From Malacoraja senta (taxonomy: Eukaryota), in the NCBI GenBank assembly GCA_038087875.1, contig CM075996.1:8248001-8312000 (forward strand): a stretch of DNA of 64,000 nucleotides. Direction: 5' to 3'. The notes beneath the pieces are model-generated. The model was not told the DNA's origin. It saw nothing but the letters and a program-made list of their open reading frames with translations, and did no database searches. Positions 23,181-37,010 of the stretch are shown one piece after another (positions within the stretch are counted from its first letter, which is position 1; every line of letters starts with the position of its first letter). The translations under genes and the position numbers were made by a program.

Positions 23181-24767
23181 AACAGAATCAAGAATGGGGG
23201 AGCATGCGGGGTTCCACAGGATCCTCATGGACTCCGCTGTGCCAGGAGCTCTCTAGGGTAGACTGTGGCCCGTAGTTATGGTGGGAGAGTGAAGCCAGAC
23301 TAAGAGTGATGCCCAGACTGCAGTGAAGCTGCTGAGTGCTGATCCTGTGGCACGGTGGCGCAGCAGTAGAGTTCAGCGCCAGAGACCCGGGTTCGATCCC
23401 GACTACGGGTGCTGTCTGTACGGAGTTTGTACGTTCTCCCCGTGACCACTTGGGTTTTCTCCGAGATCTTCGGTTTCCTCCCACACTCCAAAGACTTACA
23501 GGTTTTGTAGGTTAATTGGCTTGAGTTTGTATACTTGGAAATTGTCCTTAGTGTGTGTAGGCTTCTGTTAATGTGCTCGGATCGCTGGTTGGCTCGGACT
23601 CGATGGGCCGAAGGGGCCTGTTTCCGTGCTGTATCTCTAAACTGTCTAATTCAATGCAACTGTAGTTAGTTGCTCACGTCCCAGACGTCACCGTAGGGTA
23701 AGGGGGAAACCGTTTCCCAGTCACTTCCTGGCGAGGACGCGACTATTCTCCGAGTCGTGTCCTCGCCCCCCTCCTCGCGTCCTACCACCTGGATTGGCGC
23801 GGCCTTTCCTGCCGGGGACCGGACCAGAGCTTCGGCAGTGGCGATGCCTACCTGGATCGCCGTTTGAAGCTCCGGAGTGCTGGGCCCACTGCTCCAACAT
23901 CTTGGAGCTGTGGTTTGAAGAGCTCCCAACGCAGGCTGCGCTGACCAACATCGCGGAGTCCTGGGACCCTTTGCCGAGGGCCGCCAGCGTGAATCTCCGC
24001 CCAGCGCGGCCTGTGGACTTCGGGAGCCACGGACTCCGGTAGGAAGAGGCCGATTCGGAGCTCCAAGCCGCTGAGGTTGTCCTCCCGTTCCGACGTCGGA
24101 GTTCCAGCATCCCGGCCTGAATATCGGGTGACTGCGGAGGGCTCGGGAGGCCCCGACCATGGGTGAACATCAAGAACAACAGAGGAAGATGACTGAACTT
24201 TGATGCCTTCCCTCACAGTGGGGAACTTTGATTGTGCTGTGTGGGGATGTTTTATGTTGGGCTCTATCGTGTGTTGTGTTCTTTATTTTATTGTATGGCT
24301 GTATGGTGACCACACAGTTCACTTCCAACTGGTACATGTGACAAATAAATGTATCTTGTATCTTGTAATCGGCCTCCACTGCCTTCTGCCGCAGAGAATT
24401 CCACAGATTCACAACTCTGGGTGAAAATGTTTGTCCTCATCTCAGTCCTAAATGGCCTACCGCTTATTCTTAAACTGTGACCCCTGGTCCTGGGCTCTCC
24501 AACATCGGGATTTTTTTCCTGCATCTAGCCTGTCCAATCCCTTAAGAATTTAATATTTCTATAAGATTCCCTCTCATCCATCTAAATTCCAGTGAATATA
24601 TGCCCAGTCGATCCATTCTTTCATTGCAAAATGGAAGAGGAACATGCTCAGCATCGAGTCTGGTCTCCCTTTGCAGTGGAAATGCCTTGATTAAATCATC
24701 TGGGACATAACAGTTACTTAGATAAATAAATGGAAGCAATGATTTCTTTAACATAGCGTTTGGCGTG

Positions 24768-25241
24768 CAGGAAACCCTCACTTTTACGGACCTCTTTATA
24801 ACGGATTTCAGTTATAGTGGACGGACCTGCCGACCTTCGCTGCTGGCCCCACCCCCTCCCCAGACACTTCCAGGCTGCCGCCACTCACCTGCAGCCCCCT
24901 GCGGGCTTCGACCATCAACTCAACCAGTCCTCGCCTCTCCCTCGTCTGCTGGCAGGCCAGGGCTGTCAACTCACCTGGATTCCAGGCCCAGTTCCCGACT
25001 GGGAATCTGAAGAAGGGCCTCGACCCGAATACAGAGATGTTGCCTGACATGTTATGTTACTCCAGCACTTTGTATTTTGTGTATTAACCTCACCTGTAGA
25101 TTTTTGTTTCTACTACATATAATATTAATACCCAACTCGGTTATAGTGGAGTAGGTTATTGTGGAAAATCAGCAGTAAAAGCCACCATTACTACCCCCCC
25201 ACCCCCAACCCCGCATGGTCCATTATAATGAAGGTTTGCTG
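24768..25241. mobile_element. Tigger/pogo-like non-autonomous element
   Basis: Imperfect TIRs caggaaaccctc..acggacc / ggtccattataatgaaggtttgctg+TA; internal gttatagtgga repeats. Confidence 0.55.
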
Positions 25242-27424
25242 TAATGCCTGGTTTTAGAATAACTCTGCCCAAGTGCACAAAAAATCAGAGTTGTACTGTA
25301 GGTGTAGCCCAAGTCCATCACACTTCCCACCAATGATTCCATCTACACTTCACACTGCCTCAGAAAAGCAGCAAATGGCCCGAACGTTGCCTATTTCCTT
25401 CGCTCCATAGATGCTGCCTCGCCCGCTGAGTTTCTCCAGCATTTTTGTCTACCTTCGATTTTCCAGCATCTGCAGTTCCTTCTTAAACATAATCAAAGAC
25501 TTGTCCCGCCCGCTATCATTTCTTCTTCTCTCGGATCCCGTCCGGCAGAAAGTTGAAAGTCCACGCCATCAGACAAGAGGAACAGCTTCTTCCCCTCGGT
25601 TATCAGGCTTCTGAACAGTCCTTCCATAAATTAGGTACAGTCCAATTCACCTCTACCCCATTGACGGCACTGGACTGATGCGCTTGAATGCCGAGAGATC
25701 CATGATGACACCAAAGCCAGACGACTCTGTGCGGTCATCACAGAAGTGGATCTGCAATCACGGCCTTTATCAAGTACCAGTATACAGTGGATGCCTCAAT
25801 CGCAATGAAGTATTGTTTTTCCGCTGACTGGTTAGCACGCAACAAACGCTTTTCACTGTACCTCGGTACACGTGACAATGAACTAAACTTAAGCTCTTAA
25901 ACTTAAACTTACTTGGTATCTTTGGCAATAACGGATACGGCAGACCTTCTGCCACCACCGTCGACCCTCACCCGCACTCCGGCCGCCCCTCGGGCTACGA
26001 CCATCGACTCCGCTGATCCTTGCCTCTCCGCTGGCTGCCAGCCCACCTGGATTCCAGCCCCTCCCACCCCCATCTACAGTCCAACATGCGTTAAAACAAA
26101 TGGTCCTACAACCATTGCAGGGTTTACTATAGTGGCACAATGATAACTTTAAAGCCTGGAGGACCAAAGTGAGAGGGGTTCAGAGGCCAGAAGATCAGAG
26201 AGTAGAGTGGAGGCCAAGGCAGACTGAGGGTAGGTGTTCAGCGAAACAATCGCCCAGTCTGCACTTGGTCTCGCCGATGTATAGGAGTCCACGTCGAGAA
26301 CAACCGATACAGTAGATGAGGTAGGAGGTGCAAGTCTGTCTGGATAGCACAGAAAACAAAATATTTTACACATGCCAATGATAAACAAATATCAACACAG
26401 GAGGGACTGTGGAAGGGAGGCGGGGGTGGGATAGAGGCAAGGTCTGGATGTGACTGCCGATACCAAAGAGAGTGACAGACGCCATTGTATCGCTTCCTAC
26501 TTACTGTGACTACACTTTAGAGATGAACCCTGGTTTTAGTGGGATCACTCCGGCACAATATGACATTAGACAATAGACAGTAGGTGCAGGAGTAGTCCAT
26601 TCGGCCCTTCAAGCCAGCACCGCCATTCAATGCGATCATGGATGATCATCCCCAATCAGTACCCCGTTCCTGCCTTCTCCCCATATCCCCTGACTCCGCT
26701 ATGTTTAAGAGCCCTATCTAGCTCTCTTGAAAGCATCCAGAGAACCGGCCTCCACCGCCCTCTGAGGCAGAGAATTCCAGACTCACAACTCTCTGTGAGA
26801 AAAAGTGTTTTCTCGTCTCCGTTCTAAATGGCTTACCCCTTATTCTTAAACTGTGGCCCCTGGTTCTGGACTCCCCCAACATCAGGAACATGTTTCCTGC
26901 CTCTAGCATGTCCAAACCCTTAATAATCTTATATATGTCAATAAGATTCCCTCTCATCCTTCTAAACTCCAGAGTGTACAAGCCCAGCCGCTCCATTCTC
27001 TCAGCCTCTCCAATCCTCGACAAACTCGGACCACCATGTCTGCAAAGACCCAACCTTCAACCGAGTCTTGTCTTGAATCCTGTCCTCCATGCAAGACCCC
27101 AAACCGTTCATTGAAATAATGAGCAGAATGCAATAACACTCTGCAGTTGCTAAAATCCCAAGACAAACTGGATATACTCTGGTCAGGCACAGCTGTGGAA
27201 AGAGGAGCTGTGGGAGCAGGAGACGACCGCACAGCGAATGACAACAAGGGTGACAACACTCTATTCTTGTTGAAAGTAGCCACTATCTTGGAGTTGATAC
27301 CTTGAGGGAAATCAATCAACTCATTTTGCACGGTGGTGCAGTGGTAGAGTTGCCCCCTTACAATGCCAGAGACCCGGGCTCAATCCTGACTACGGTGCCG
27401 GGCGGGATGTGTGTCTGTACCAAG

Positions 27425-28918
27425 ATAGAAACATAGAAACATAGAAATTAGGTGCAGGAGTAGGCCATTCGGCCCTTCGAGCCTGCACCGCCATTCAATA
27501 TGATCATGGCTGATCATCCAACTCAGTATCCCGTACCTGCCTTCTCTCCATACCCTCTGATCCCCTTAGCCACAAGGGCCACATCTAACTCCCTCTTAAA
27601 TATAGCCAATGAACTGGCCTCAACTACCCTCTGTGGCAGAGAGTTCCAGAGATTCACCACTCTCTGTGTGAAAAAAGTTCTTCTCATCTCGGTTTTAAAG
27701 GATTTCCCCCTTATCCTTATGCTGTGACCCCTTGTCCTGGACTTCCCCAACATCGGGAGCAATCTTCCTGCATCTAGCCTGTCCAACCCCTTAAGAATTT
27801 TGTAAGTTTCTATAAGATCCCCTCTCAATCTCCTAAATTCTAGAGAGTATAAACCAAGTCTATCCAGTCTTTCTTCATAAGACAGTCCTGACATCCCAGT
27901 CTGGTGAACCTTCTCTGCACTCCCTCTATGGCAATAATGTCCTTCCTCAGATTTGGAGACCAAAACTGTACGCAATACTCCAGGTGTGGTCTCACCAAGA
28001 CCCTGTACAACTGCAGTAGAACCTCCCTGCTCCTATACTCAAATCCTTTTGCTATGAAAGCTAACATACCATTTGCTTTCTTCACTGCCTGCTGCACCTG
28101 CATGCCTACTTTCAATGACTGGTGTACCATGACACCCAGGTCTCGCTGCATCTCCCCTTTTCCTAGTCGGCCACCATTTAGATAATAGTCTGCTTTCCTG
28201 TTTTTGCCACCAAAATGGATAACCTCACATTTATCCACATTATACTGCATCTGCCAAACATTTGCCCACTCACCCATCCTATCCAAGTCACCTTGCAGTC
28301 TCCTAGCATCCTCCTCACAGCTAACACTGCCCCCCAGCTTAGTGTCATCCGCAAACTTGGAGATATTGCCTTCAATTCCCTCATCCAGATCATTAATATA
28401 TATTGTAAATAGCTGGGGTCCCAGCACTGAGCCTTGTGGTACCCCACTAGTCACTGCCTGCCATTGTGAAAAGGACCCGTTTACTCCTACTCTTTGCTTC
28501 CTGTTTGCCAGCCAGTTCTCTATCCACATCAATACTGAACCCCCAATGCCATGTGCTTTAAGTTTGTATACTAATCTCTAAGGTGGGACCTTGTCGAAAG
28601 CCTTCTGGAAGTCCAGATACAACACATCCACTGGTTCTCCCCTGTCAACTCTACTAGTTACATCCTCGAAAACTTCTATAAGATTCGTCAGACATGATTT
28701 ACCTTTCGTAAATCCATGCTGACTTTGTCCAATGATTTCACCACTTTCCAAATGTGCTGCTATCCCATCTTTAATAACTGACTCTAGCAGTTTCCCCACT
28801 ACCGATGTTAGACTAACTGGTCTGTAATTCCCCGTTTTCTCTCTCCCTCCCTTCTTAAAAAGTGGGGTTACGTTTGCTACCCGCCAATCCTCAGGAACTA
28901 CTCCAGAATCTAAAGAGA
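27425..28918 (-). mobile_element. CR1-clade LINE 3' portion (RT), inserted into an HE1-type SINE
   Basis: GVPQGSVLGPQLFTIYINDL, SKFADDTK, RPHLEYCVQFWSP; (GTTTCTAT)n tail; SINE halves at 27328-27425 and 28919-29020. Confidence 0.92.
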
Positions 28919-29344
28919 TCTTACGTACTCCCTGTGACTGCGTAGGTTTTCATTTGGATAGACACACACCGGTTTCCGTCCACATTCCAAAGGCCTACAG
29001 GTTTGTCGGCTAATTGCTCTTAGTGTGCGGAGAATGTACACACTCCGTAGACAGCACCCGCAGTCAGGATTGAACTAGTGTCTCTGGAGGTGCAAAGACC
29101 GCAGCGCCTCCGTGCCGCCCCATACACTGAGCCAGGTACAAAACGATCATTGAGGGATCCGTCTCATTCTCAAACCATTGCTGCTCTTGTTTTATAATAA
29201 AAGACCTGGAGTCATTGTTGGAGACACAAGTTTGCTCTGACACATCAGAAACTCAGGTGGACAGCCATGGAATCTGGAATCGGAGGTAGCAGAGTACAAG
29301 ACCCTAAGTCCTTAACAGTGACCAACACGCAATCAGCAGCCAAC

Positions 29345-29900
29345 TCCATTACTGTTGTAAACAATTTAATAACTATATATAATATAATATAATATATATG
29401 TATTGAATAAAACACCCAAAATAACACTGAACATACATGGGCGAGCTCTCACCACTATACTCTCCTGCCATGGTCAGCCAATGGCGGAGGAAGGGACAGA
29501 GAAACAGGGGGGGGAAAAAAAGTATTTTAAAACCAAGAGTCACCGATATATTTAAAATAAAAAATAAAATATATAATCTGGGCGATCCATCCTCTCAGAC
29601 TAAAGCCGTTTTACATCAGGAGATTGAGCCAAGGACCGTGTGTGGGGGGTGGGCACCCCGGGTCTCTGCAAAGTTTGTGGAAGGGGATGCCTTCAGTAGA
29701 ATCTCCCCCATCCCCATCCTGGACCACCCCCCCCACCACCCCCACCCCCCCTTCCCAGTCGCGATGGCCTCTTGTTTTGTTCACTGCCCTGTGGTTTCTG
29801 GATATCGGGGCTGCAAGCGCACAGGTCCAGGGTTATTTTTGCTCCGGGTCCTCTGACCGGCAATTCTTGGTGGTTGCAGCAAACGCTGGTCGTCTGAGGG
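29345..29900 (-). other. TCF20: Probable distal 3'UTR of TCF20 with ATTAAA poly(A) signal (29370-29365)
   Basis: Non-repetitive U/AU-rich sequence downstream of the last coding exon, ending in ATTAAA on the minus strand; exon boundaries not established. Confidence 0.45.
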
Positions 29901-31475
29901 CCGACAGACACGCCCATGGAGTCACCCCGTCCGATCGCGTAATGGTGTCAGATTCACCGCCTCTCAACAGGAGGACCTGTAGGGGAGGAGGCACAAAAGA
30001 GCAGCTCTCACCACGTCCCCATCTCCTTCATCAGCCTCCCCCGTACGCAACCCCGCCCTTACACTGGGACCACCGGCGCTGCGGCCGCCGACCTTCACCG
30101 GCTCCACGTCAATAGACAATAGACAATAGGTGCGGGAGTAGGCCATTCGGCCCTTCCAGGAAGCACCGGCATTCAATGTGATCATGGTTGATCACAGGCA
30201 GAGAATTCCACAGACTCACCACTCTCTGTGAGAAAAAGTATTTCCTCGTCTCCGTTCTAAATGGCTTACCCCTTATTCTTAAACTGTGGCCCCTGGTTCT
30301 GGACTCCCCCAACATCGGGAGTCCAGAACCTGTTTCCTGCCTCTAGTGTGTCCAAGCCCTTAACAATCTTATATGTTTCAATGAGATCCCCTCTCATTCT
30401 TCTAAACTCCAGAGTGTACAAGCCCAGCTGCTCCATTCTCTCAGCATATGACAGTCCCACCATCCCGGGAATTAACCTTGTAAACCTACGCTGCACTCCC
30501 TCAATAGCAAGAATGTCCTTCCTCAAATTAGGGGACCAAAACTGTACACAATACTCCAGGCCCTCCCACGTCCGTCCGCTGACCGAGACCACCGATGCTG
30601 TATCCGCCAACCCATTCCTTTACCCCCTCCCACCACCGACCACTGCCTCTCCACCGCCCACCAGTGGGCCGGAGCCGTCTCCTCACCCGAGTTCCAGGCT
30701 TAGCAGCCTCCACGATGCACATTCCTACACAAGTTCCTACACCCCAGGGTCTGACTCTCCTTGGTCCCCCTACTCCTCTACCCCCCTCCTACAGGGCACC
30801 TCAGTAATGATTCCACTGGGTCACCATCTTCCCCCTCTTTTAACCAGGTTACCCCGAGCACCACCCACCCATGGACTAATCCTCACGACCCCCTCCTCTC
30901 TGAACCGCCACCAAACCTCGCCTCAACCTCCGTCCACTCACCGGCCCGGCTCTGACCTCTGGCCTCACCCTTGTTGTGTCTTCACCATTCGCCCCCCCCC
31001 CCGACCCGAAACGTCACCTATTCCTTCTATCCAGAGACGCTGCCCGTGCCGTTGAGCTACTCCAGCATTTTGTGTCTTACAACACTGCCCCGTCCTACAA
31101 CACCAATCCCACTCATTCTCCTGACTGCCTCTGCTTTGACGCCTCTGCAACCCGTCCCCCAAACTCATCTTCATAAGTTCAAGGAGCAGAATTAGGCCAT
31201 TCGGCCCATCACGTCTACTCTCCACCATTCAATCATGGCTGATCTATCTTTCCTTCCCAACCCCATTCTCCTGCCTTCGCCCCATAACCCCTGACACCCT
31301 CTACAAACTCTGTACCAGAAAATTATCTCACCACCCCCCCACCCCACCTCAAATTTGTTTTGATTTAGATTATACAGTGGAAACAGGCCCTTTGGCCCAC
31401 CTCTCGTTAGCACCTCTTCCACCATTTTGGACTCCTCCCTTCCTGAAGTCACCTGTTGCCAGCCCAATTTGTTCT

Positions 31476-32113
31476 AATAATAATAATAATAGATTTTATT
31501 TATATAGCGCTTTTCAGGACTCAAAGTCGCTTTACAATTGAGAGTCAGGAATAAACAAAACAAAATAGAGCATGGGACTAAGGGTATGCAGAGGTGAAGA
31601 GATGGGTCTTGAGGCGGGACTGGGAAGATGGTGAGGGACTCAGAATTTCGGACCGGTTGTGGGAGGGAATTCCAGAGCCTGGGAGCTGCCCTGGAGAAGG
31701 CTCTGCCTCCAAAAGTGCAGAGGTTTGATTTCGGAGTGGAGAGGAGACCAGCTGATGTGGATCTGAGGGACCGTGAGGGTTGGTAGGGGAGAGGAGGTCA
31801 ATGAGATAAGGGGGGCCAGGTTGTTGAGGGCTTTGTAGGTGAGGACCAGGATTTTGTAGATGATCCGGTGGGAAATGGGAAGCCAGTGAAGTTCTTTGAG
31901 AACTGGGGTGATGTGGTGCCAGGATTTGGTGTGGGTAATGAGTCGAGCGGCTGCATTTTGGACCAGTTGGAGTCGTTTGATGCTGCTGGAATTGATTCCG
32001 AAAAGAAGAGAGTTACAGTAGTCCAGTCGGGAGGAGATGAAGGCATGGATGAGTCTTTCAGCAGCGGGGGGTGTGAGAGACGATCTGATTTTTGCAATGT
32101 TGCGGAGGTGATT
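31476..32113 (-). mobile_element. L2-clade LINE 3' fragment
   Basis: HLRNIAKIRSSLT..AERLIHAFISSRLDYCNSLL..LQLVQNAAARL..HITPVLKELHWLPI; (ATT)n tail. Confidence 0.88.
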
Positions 32114-32966
32114 TCTCACCCCCAGCTTCCTTACCCCACACCCCACACATTCTGAAGAACGGTTGTCACGGGCTGTCATGGTGGTGCAGCAGTAGAGTTG
32201 CTGTCTTACAGCGAATGCAGCACCAGAGACCCGGGTTCCATCCCAACTACAAGTGCTGTCTGTACAGAGTTTGTACGTTCTACCCGTGACCACGTGGGTT
32301 TTCTCCAAAATCGTCGGTTTCCTCCACTCCAAAGACGTGCAGGTTTGTAGGTTAATTGGTTTCGTAAATGTAAAAATTGTCCCTAGTGGGTGTAGGATAG
32401 TGTTAATGTGCGGTGATCGCTGGTCGGCGTGCACCCGGTGGGCCGAAGGGCCTGTTTCCGCGCTGTATCTCTAAACTATACTAAACTAAACGGTTCCAAC
32501 CCGAAACGGCACCTATTTCTTTTCTCCAAAGATGCTGCCTGCTCGCTGAGTTACTCCAACATTTTATATCTCCCTTTGGCTCTACAAGTACATGCCGACC
32601 ATCGATCGATCACCCATTCACACTAGTTTTATGTTATCGCCATTTTCTCGTCCACTCCCTACATGTTTGGGGCAAATTTACAGACGCCATTTGACCTACA
32701 AATCCGCACATCTTTGGGATGCAAGAGGAAACCGGAGCACCCGGAGGAAACCCACGGCATCACACGATAGAACATAAAACTCCACACAGACATCACCCGA
32801 GGCCAGGATGGTACCTGGATTTCTGGTGCTGTGAGGCAGCAGCTCCACCAGACGCGCCACTTTGCTACCTATGTGTTTGGCACTCTTCCCCTCCATCTCC
32901 TTCAGGAGATTCTATTGGGCTGCTCACCTGCTTGTGCTGTGTCCGTAGAGAAGTGGAGGCCTGTGC

Positions 32967-33014
32967 TCAGCCTCGCTCCGACTGCTCTGTGCTGCTACCT
33001 TTTGTAGCCCTGTG
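32967..33014 (-). CDS. TCF20: TCF20 last coding exon (HRATKGSSTEQSERG*); exon continues as UTR to a donor at 32928
   Basis: ttttctctctccag| acceptor; translation ends TEQSERG-TGA as in human TCF20 (..KGSLSTEQSERG); cag|gtgagc donor 39 nt after the stop. Confidence 0.92.
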   Translation of the reverse strand, partial: HRATKGSSTEQSERG

Positions 33015-33114
33015 CTGGAGAGAGAAAACCCCATTTAACTCATTTCTCCCTGTGTTACACGCTTGAAGCTAATACAAGAGGTTAACAAAGCGATTCGTCA
33101 AACTAATGTAACTG

Positions 33115-33502
33115 CGGGTCCACCACCCATTTCCCGACACCCCTGGTTCCTGAGCCTTTCAGGATTATCCGGTCTCGCTGGACAAGAGGTCGCAGCCTTC
33201 CAAGGGGCTGAGATTACATTTGTTCAATGAGGCCCGCAGAGTCGACCTCAGAAGTCGGCTATGGGAACGGATCTGCCAGCTACGGCCTGGCCGGAGTTCC
33301 ACAGCTGGGGCCGCAGGGGGCAAATTCAACTCGCCGATCGGCCGCGGAACTCCCAATCAGGTCTAGATCGGCCGCCTCAACCGGCCTAGGCACCACATTT
33401 TCGAGGGACTTCCGGGGAAGATTTCAAGTGTGCTCTCGTTACTTTGTCCTGATTAAAGGAGGCGCTGGACAATAAGTTGGCAGAAAATCAGTGGTGGACC
33501 TG
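33115..33502. mobile_element. Tigger-like MITE family (related copies ~1-135, ~278-1368 interrupted, ~43801-44255)
   Basis: Ends (ca)ggtccaccacc.attt / aaaatcagtggtggacctg+TA; shared core cctcggaagtcggctacgggaacggatctgcc in the ~278, 33115 and ~43801 copies. Confidence 0.65.
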
Positions 33503-34515
33503 TATTATAATTGTAGCATACTAGGGAGTGCTATAAGCAAATAAAATAGAGGGGTGGTTTGAGGTGGAGTGTTGTGGCCAATTCTTGACAACACATTTTA
33601 AGGCCACAAAGGCTCTTTGGAAAAAAGCACAACATAAATTTATTAGAAACATTATGGGGATAGAGAAAAATAATGTAATAGATGGACTGGAGGTTCTGTG
33701 TTTAGTCAGAGGCAACTGTGAGGAGATTTGAAAGGAGGTATCTAGTTGAAGAGTTGAAATAAAGAGGAATATTGACACGATGGCGCAGCGGTAGAGTTGC
33801 TGCCTTACAGCGCTTGCAGCACTGGAGACCCGGGTTTGATCCCGACTCCACGTGCTGTCGATACGGAGCTTGTACGTTCTCCCCGTGGGTTTTCTCCGAG
33901 ATCTTCGGATTCCTCCCACACTCCAAAGACGTACACGTTTGAAGGTTAATTGACGCAGTATAAGTATAAATTGTTCCTAGTGTGTGTAGGATAGTGTTAA
34001 TGTGCGGGGATCGCTGGTCGTTGCAGACTTGATTGGTCGAAGGGCCTGTTTCCGCGTTGTATGTCTAAACTAAACTAAACTTTCATAAGGCTGAATAGTG
34101 GAAAGCCATAAATAAATGTAATATGGAAAGAAAGTGACTTTGGGGGGGGGGGGGGGGGGGGGAAATATCTTTTGCAATAAGGAATTATGGATGGGCAGGG
34201 AGAGCGAGTACAATGGAAAGCCGCGAAAGAACTGGGAAAAATCCGTGGAAGAAAACATTGCAAACATACTGGCAAAGAACAGGCAGCTTGAAAGAGCTAG
34301 CACACATTCGGTGGGCTGAAGGCCCCCTTCCCAGAAGCAGTTGTAACTCCTGGGTTGATGGCCTTAACAAACATAAAACCCAACAACAAAACATGGAGGA
34401 ATCCAAGATAGACACAAAAAGCAGGAGTAACCCAGCGGGTCAGGCAGCATCTCTGGAGAAATGAAATAGGTGATGTTTCGGGATTCGACACTGAAGGGAT
34501 TGCCTTGTAGCTTAC

Positions 34516-34565
34516 CTTATGTTTGGGACATTTCATGGAGAAATTCTCTTCATTCAGGAAGCAAT
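34516..34565 (-). CDS. TCF20: TCF20 coding exon 3 (DCFLNEENFSMKCPKHK)
   Basis: tttttcag| acceptor, |gtaagc donor, 50 nt (phase 1 to 0); matches human DCLLHEENFSVRCPKHK. Confidence 0.95.
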
Positions 34566-35802
34566 CTGAAAAAGTAAATATGGTGATGAGTTGCTGTCAG
34601 TGAAATCTGAACCCCAGGCAAGAGTGGGCACAGATCGCAACGCAAGGGAAACGGGGGGGGGGGAGTCCATTAAATATCTGGAGTTTGCAGTGTTTTGCAA
34701 ATTTCAAAGAATTTGTTGGCTAAATGTTCTATTGTACGCATTTCTGTTCTTTTGGAAGACCACACATTTTATTCCTTTCATCATATTTTTATCTGTTTCT
34801 CTCTTAAATTCATTGGATCCGTTTTTTGGAGGAACTTTCAAGCCCTCACCAATCTGAGTTGAGAATCCTCTTCCACAATCCCTCCCAGATTGAGTGCGGC
34901 ACAATGGTAGAGTTGCTGCCTTACAGCACCAGAGAACCCGGGTTCCATCCTGACTACGGGTGCTGTCTGTATAGAGTTTGTACGTTCTCCCCGTGTGCAC
35001 GTGGTTTTTCTCTGGCTGCTCCGGTTTCCTCCCACATTCCAAAGATGTACAGGTTTGTCGATTAATAGGCTTTGGTAAAATTGTAAATTGTCCCTAGTGT
35101 TTAAGAAAGTGTTAATGTAGGGGTCGATCGCTGGTCAGCACGGACTCAGTGGGCTGACATGCCTGTTTGCGCGCTGTATCTCGAAAGGCGAAAGATTTAT
35201 GACTGATCTTTATGTCAGCTGTCTGTTGTGGTTGAGTTTAGTTTAGAGATACAGCATGGAAATAGGCCCTTCCATCCACCGAGTTCACGCCAACCATCGA
35301 TCCCCCGTTCACACTGGTTCTATGTTATCCCACTTTCCAATTCGCTCCCTACTCACTAAGGGCAATTTACAGAGGCCAATTAACCTGCAAACACTATCGT
35401 CTTGGGAGGAAACTGGCGCACCCGAAGGAAAACCACGCGGTCACAGGAACAATGTGCAAACTCCACTCAGATAGCACCAGAGGTCAGGATCGAACCCGAG
35501 TCTCTGGCGCCGTGAGGCAGCAACTCTAACAGCTGCACCATTTACCATCCTATTTAGGCTTTTTAATATTAAAATCCAAGTGGTCACTTTTAGTATTCAG
35601 TGCCTTATTTTAACCTTCCCTACCCTTCCTATCCCTTATTGAATTCAAGTTGCATCCATGCTGATTATCATTATTTTTTTAATTACATCTTTATTTTCCT
35701 ATCAATTTTAAACTGGTCTTAAGTATGAGTTTATTCAATTCTACAGTTTTAAACTACAGCAATCACATTCCATCATTTCTCACGCACTAATGCCTTGATT
35801 GT

Positions 35803-36002
35803 NNNNNNNNNNNNNNNNNNNNNNNNNNNNNNNNNNNNNNNNNNNNNNNNNNNNNNNNNNNNNNNNNNNNNNNNNNNNNNNNNNNNNNNNNNNNNNNNNN
35901 NNNNNNNNNNNNNNNNNNNNNNNNNNNNNNNNNNNNNNNNNNNNNNNNNNNNNNNNNNNNNNNNNNNNNNNNNNNNNNNNNNNNNNNNNNNNNNNNNNNN
36001 NN
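35803..36002. other. Assembly gap (200 N)
   Basis: Run of n. Confidence 1.
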
Positions 36003-36916
36003 TCCATAGATGCTGCCTCACCCGCTGAATTTCTCCGAGGATCTAGTCTACAGGTGATCGTTGGTCGGCATGGACTCTGTAATTAGATGCATTTCCTGAC
36101 AATTTTTTACCCTGGCTTCTGGCCATTTTATACTCAACTCCTAATGCCACTGCCTTACGATTCATGATGTCTGTACTAGAACGTCCATTCACTGTTTTAA
36201 TAATTCAAAGCCCTAATTATCTTCCTACCCTGGAACTCTGACCCCACTCGCTCAGCTGGAGTCTGTTCCAGTGGTGCAGGAGGATGAGGAATAGGCAAGT
36301 TTACAGATGTTGGACTTGGCACAATAGTTCCAGGTCAGTATGGGAATGATGGTCTGGGAATGATGGTCCGAACAGTGCTTTTCGACTTTAGAGATACCAG
36401 TGTGGAAACAGGCCCTTCGGCCCACTGAGATCACTCCGGCCAGTGATCACCTCGTACACTAGCACTACATACTAGGGACAATTTTTACAATTTACCTAAG
36501 CCAATTAACCTACAAACCTGTACGTCTTTGGAGTGGGAGGAAACCGAAGCTCCCACAGAATACCCACGCGGTAAACTCCGTACAGACAGCACCCGTAGTC
36601 AGGATGGAACCCGGGTCTGTGGTGCTGTAAGGCAGCAACTCTACCCAAATGTTAAGTTTTGACAATCGGTACATCAGGGATTGTGACTGGTGCTGACTGG
36701 GTCAGGTAGAGATGGACTGAGGCATGTGTACAACATGACAACTCCTTCATTGGCATGAATACTAGGGCGTGCTGGAGGTGGTTCAGATTACTTCCCCCAC
36801 CACCCTGCCTATGGGCAGTGTCTGCTCCGGCTGCCCACCACGAGCGTGCAGGCCGGCCAACCTCTCCACCCCAATGACTTGTGACCATGAACGCCCATCA
36901 CCCTCACCACCATTAC

Positions 36917-37010
36917 CTGCTTCCATAGCACAGATGTAGTGATAGTTGAGAGGGCATCCCTTGCAGTAGCAGCCCAGGGCAGCGCCAGGCTCCTGGCAGT
37001 GTGAGCATTT
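36917..37010 (-). CDS. TCF20: TCF20 coding exon 2 (ePHD finger: [31 protein letters not shown])
   Basis: cttccccag| acceptor, |gtaatg donor, 94 nt (phase 0 to 1); matches human [31 protein letters not shown]. Confidence 0.95.

Noticed and set aside
30261..31055. 264-aa + strand ORF
   Set aside because: Antisense CR1 fused to C-rich low-complexity sequence.
35773..36086. ORFs containing X runs
   Set aside because: Artefacts of the N gap.
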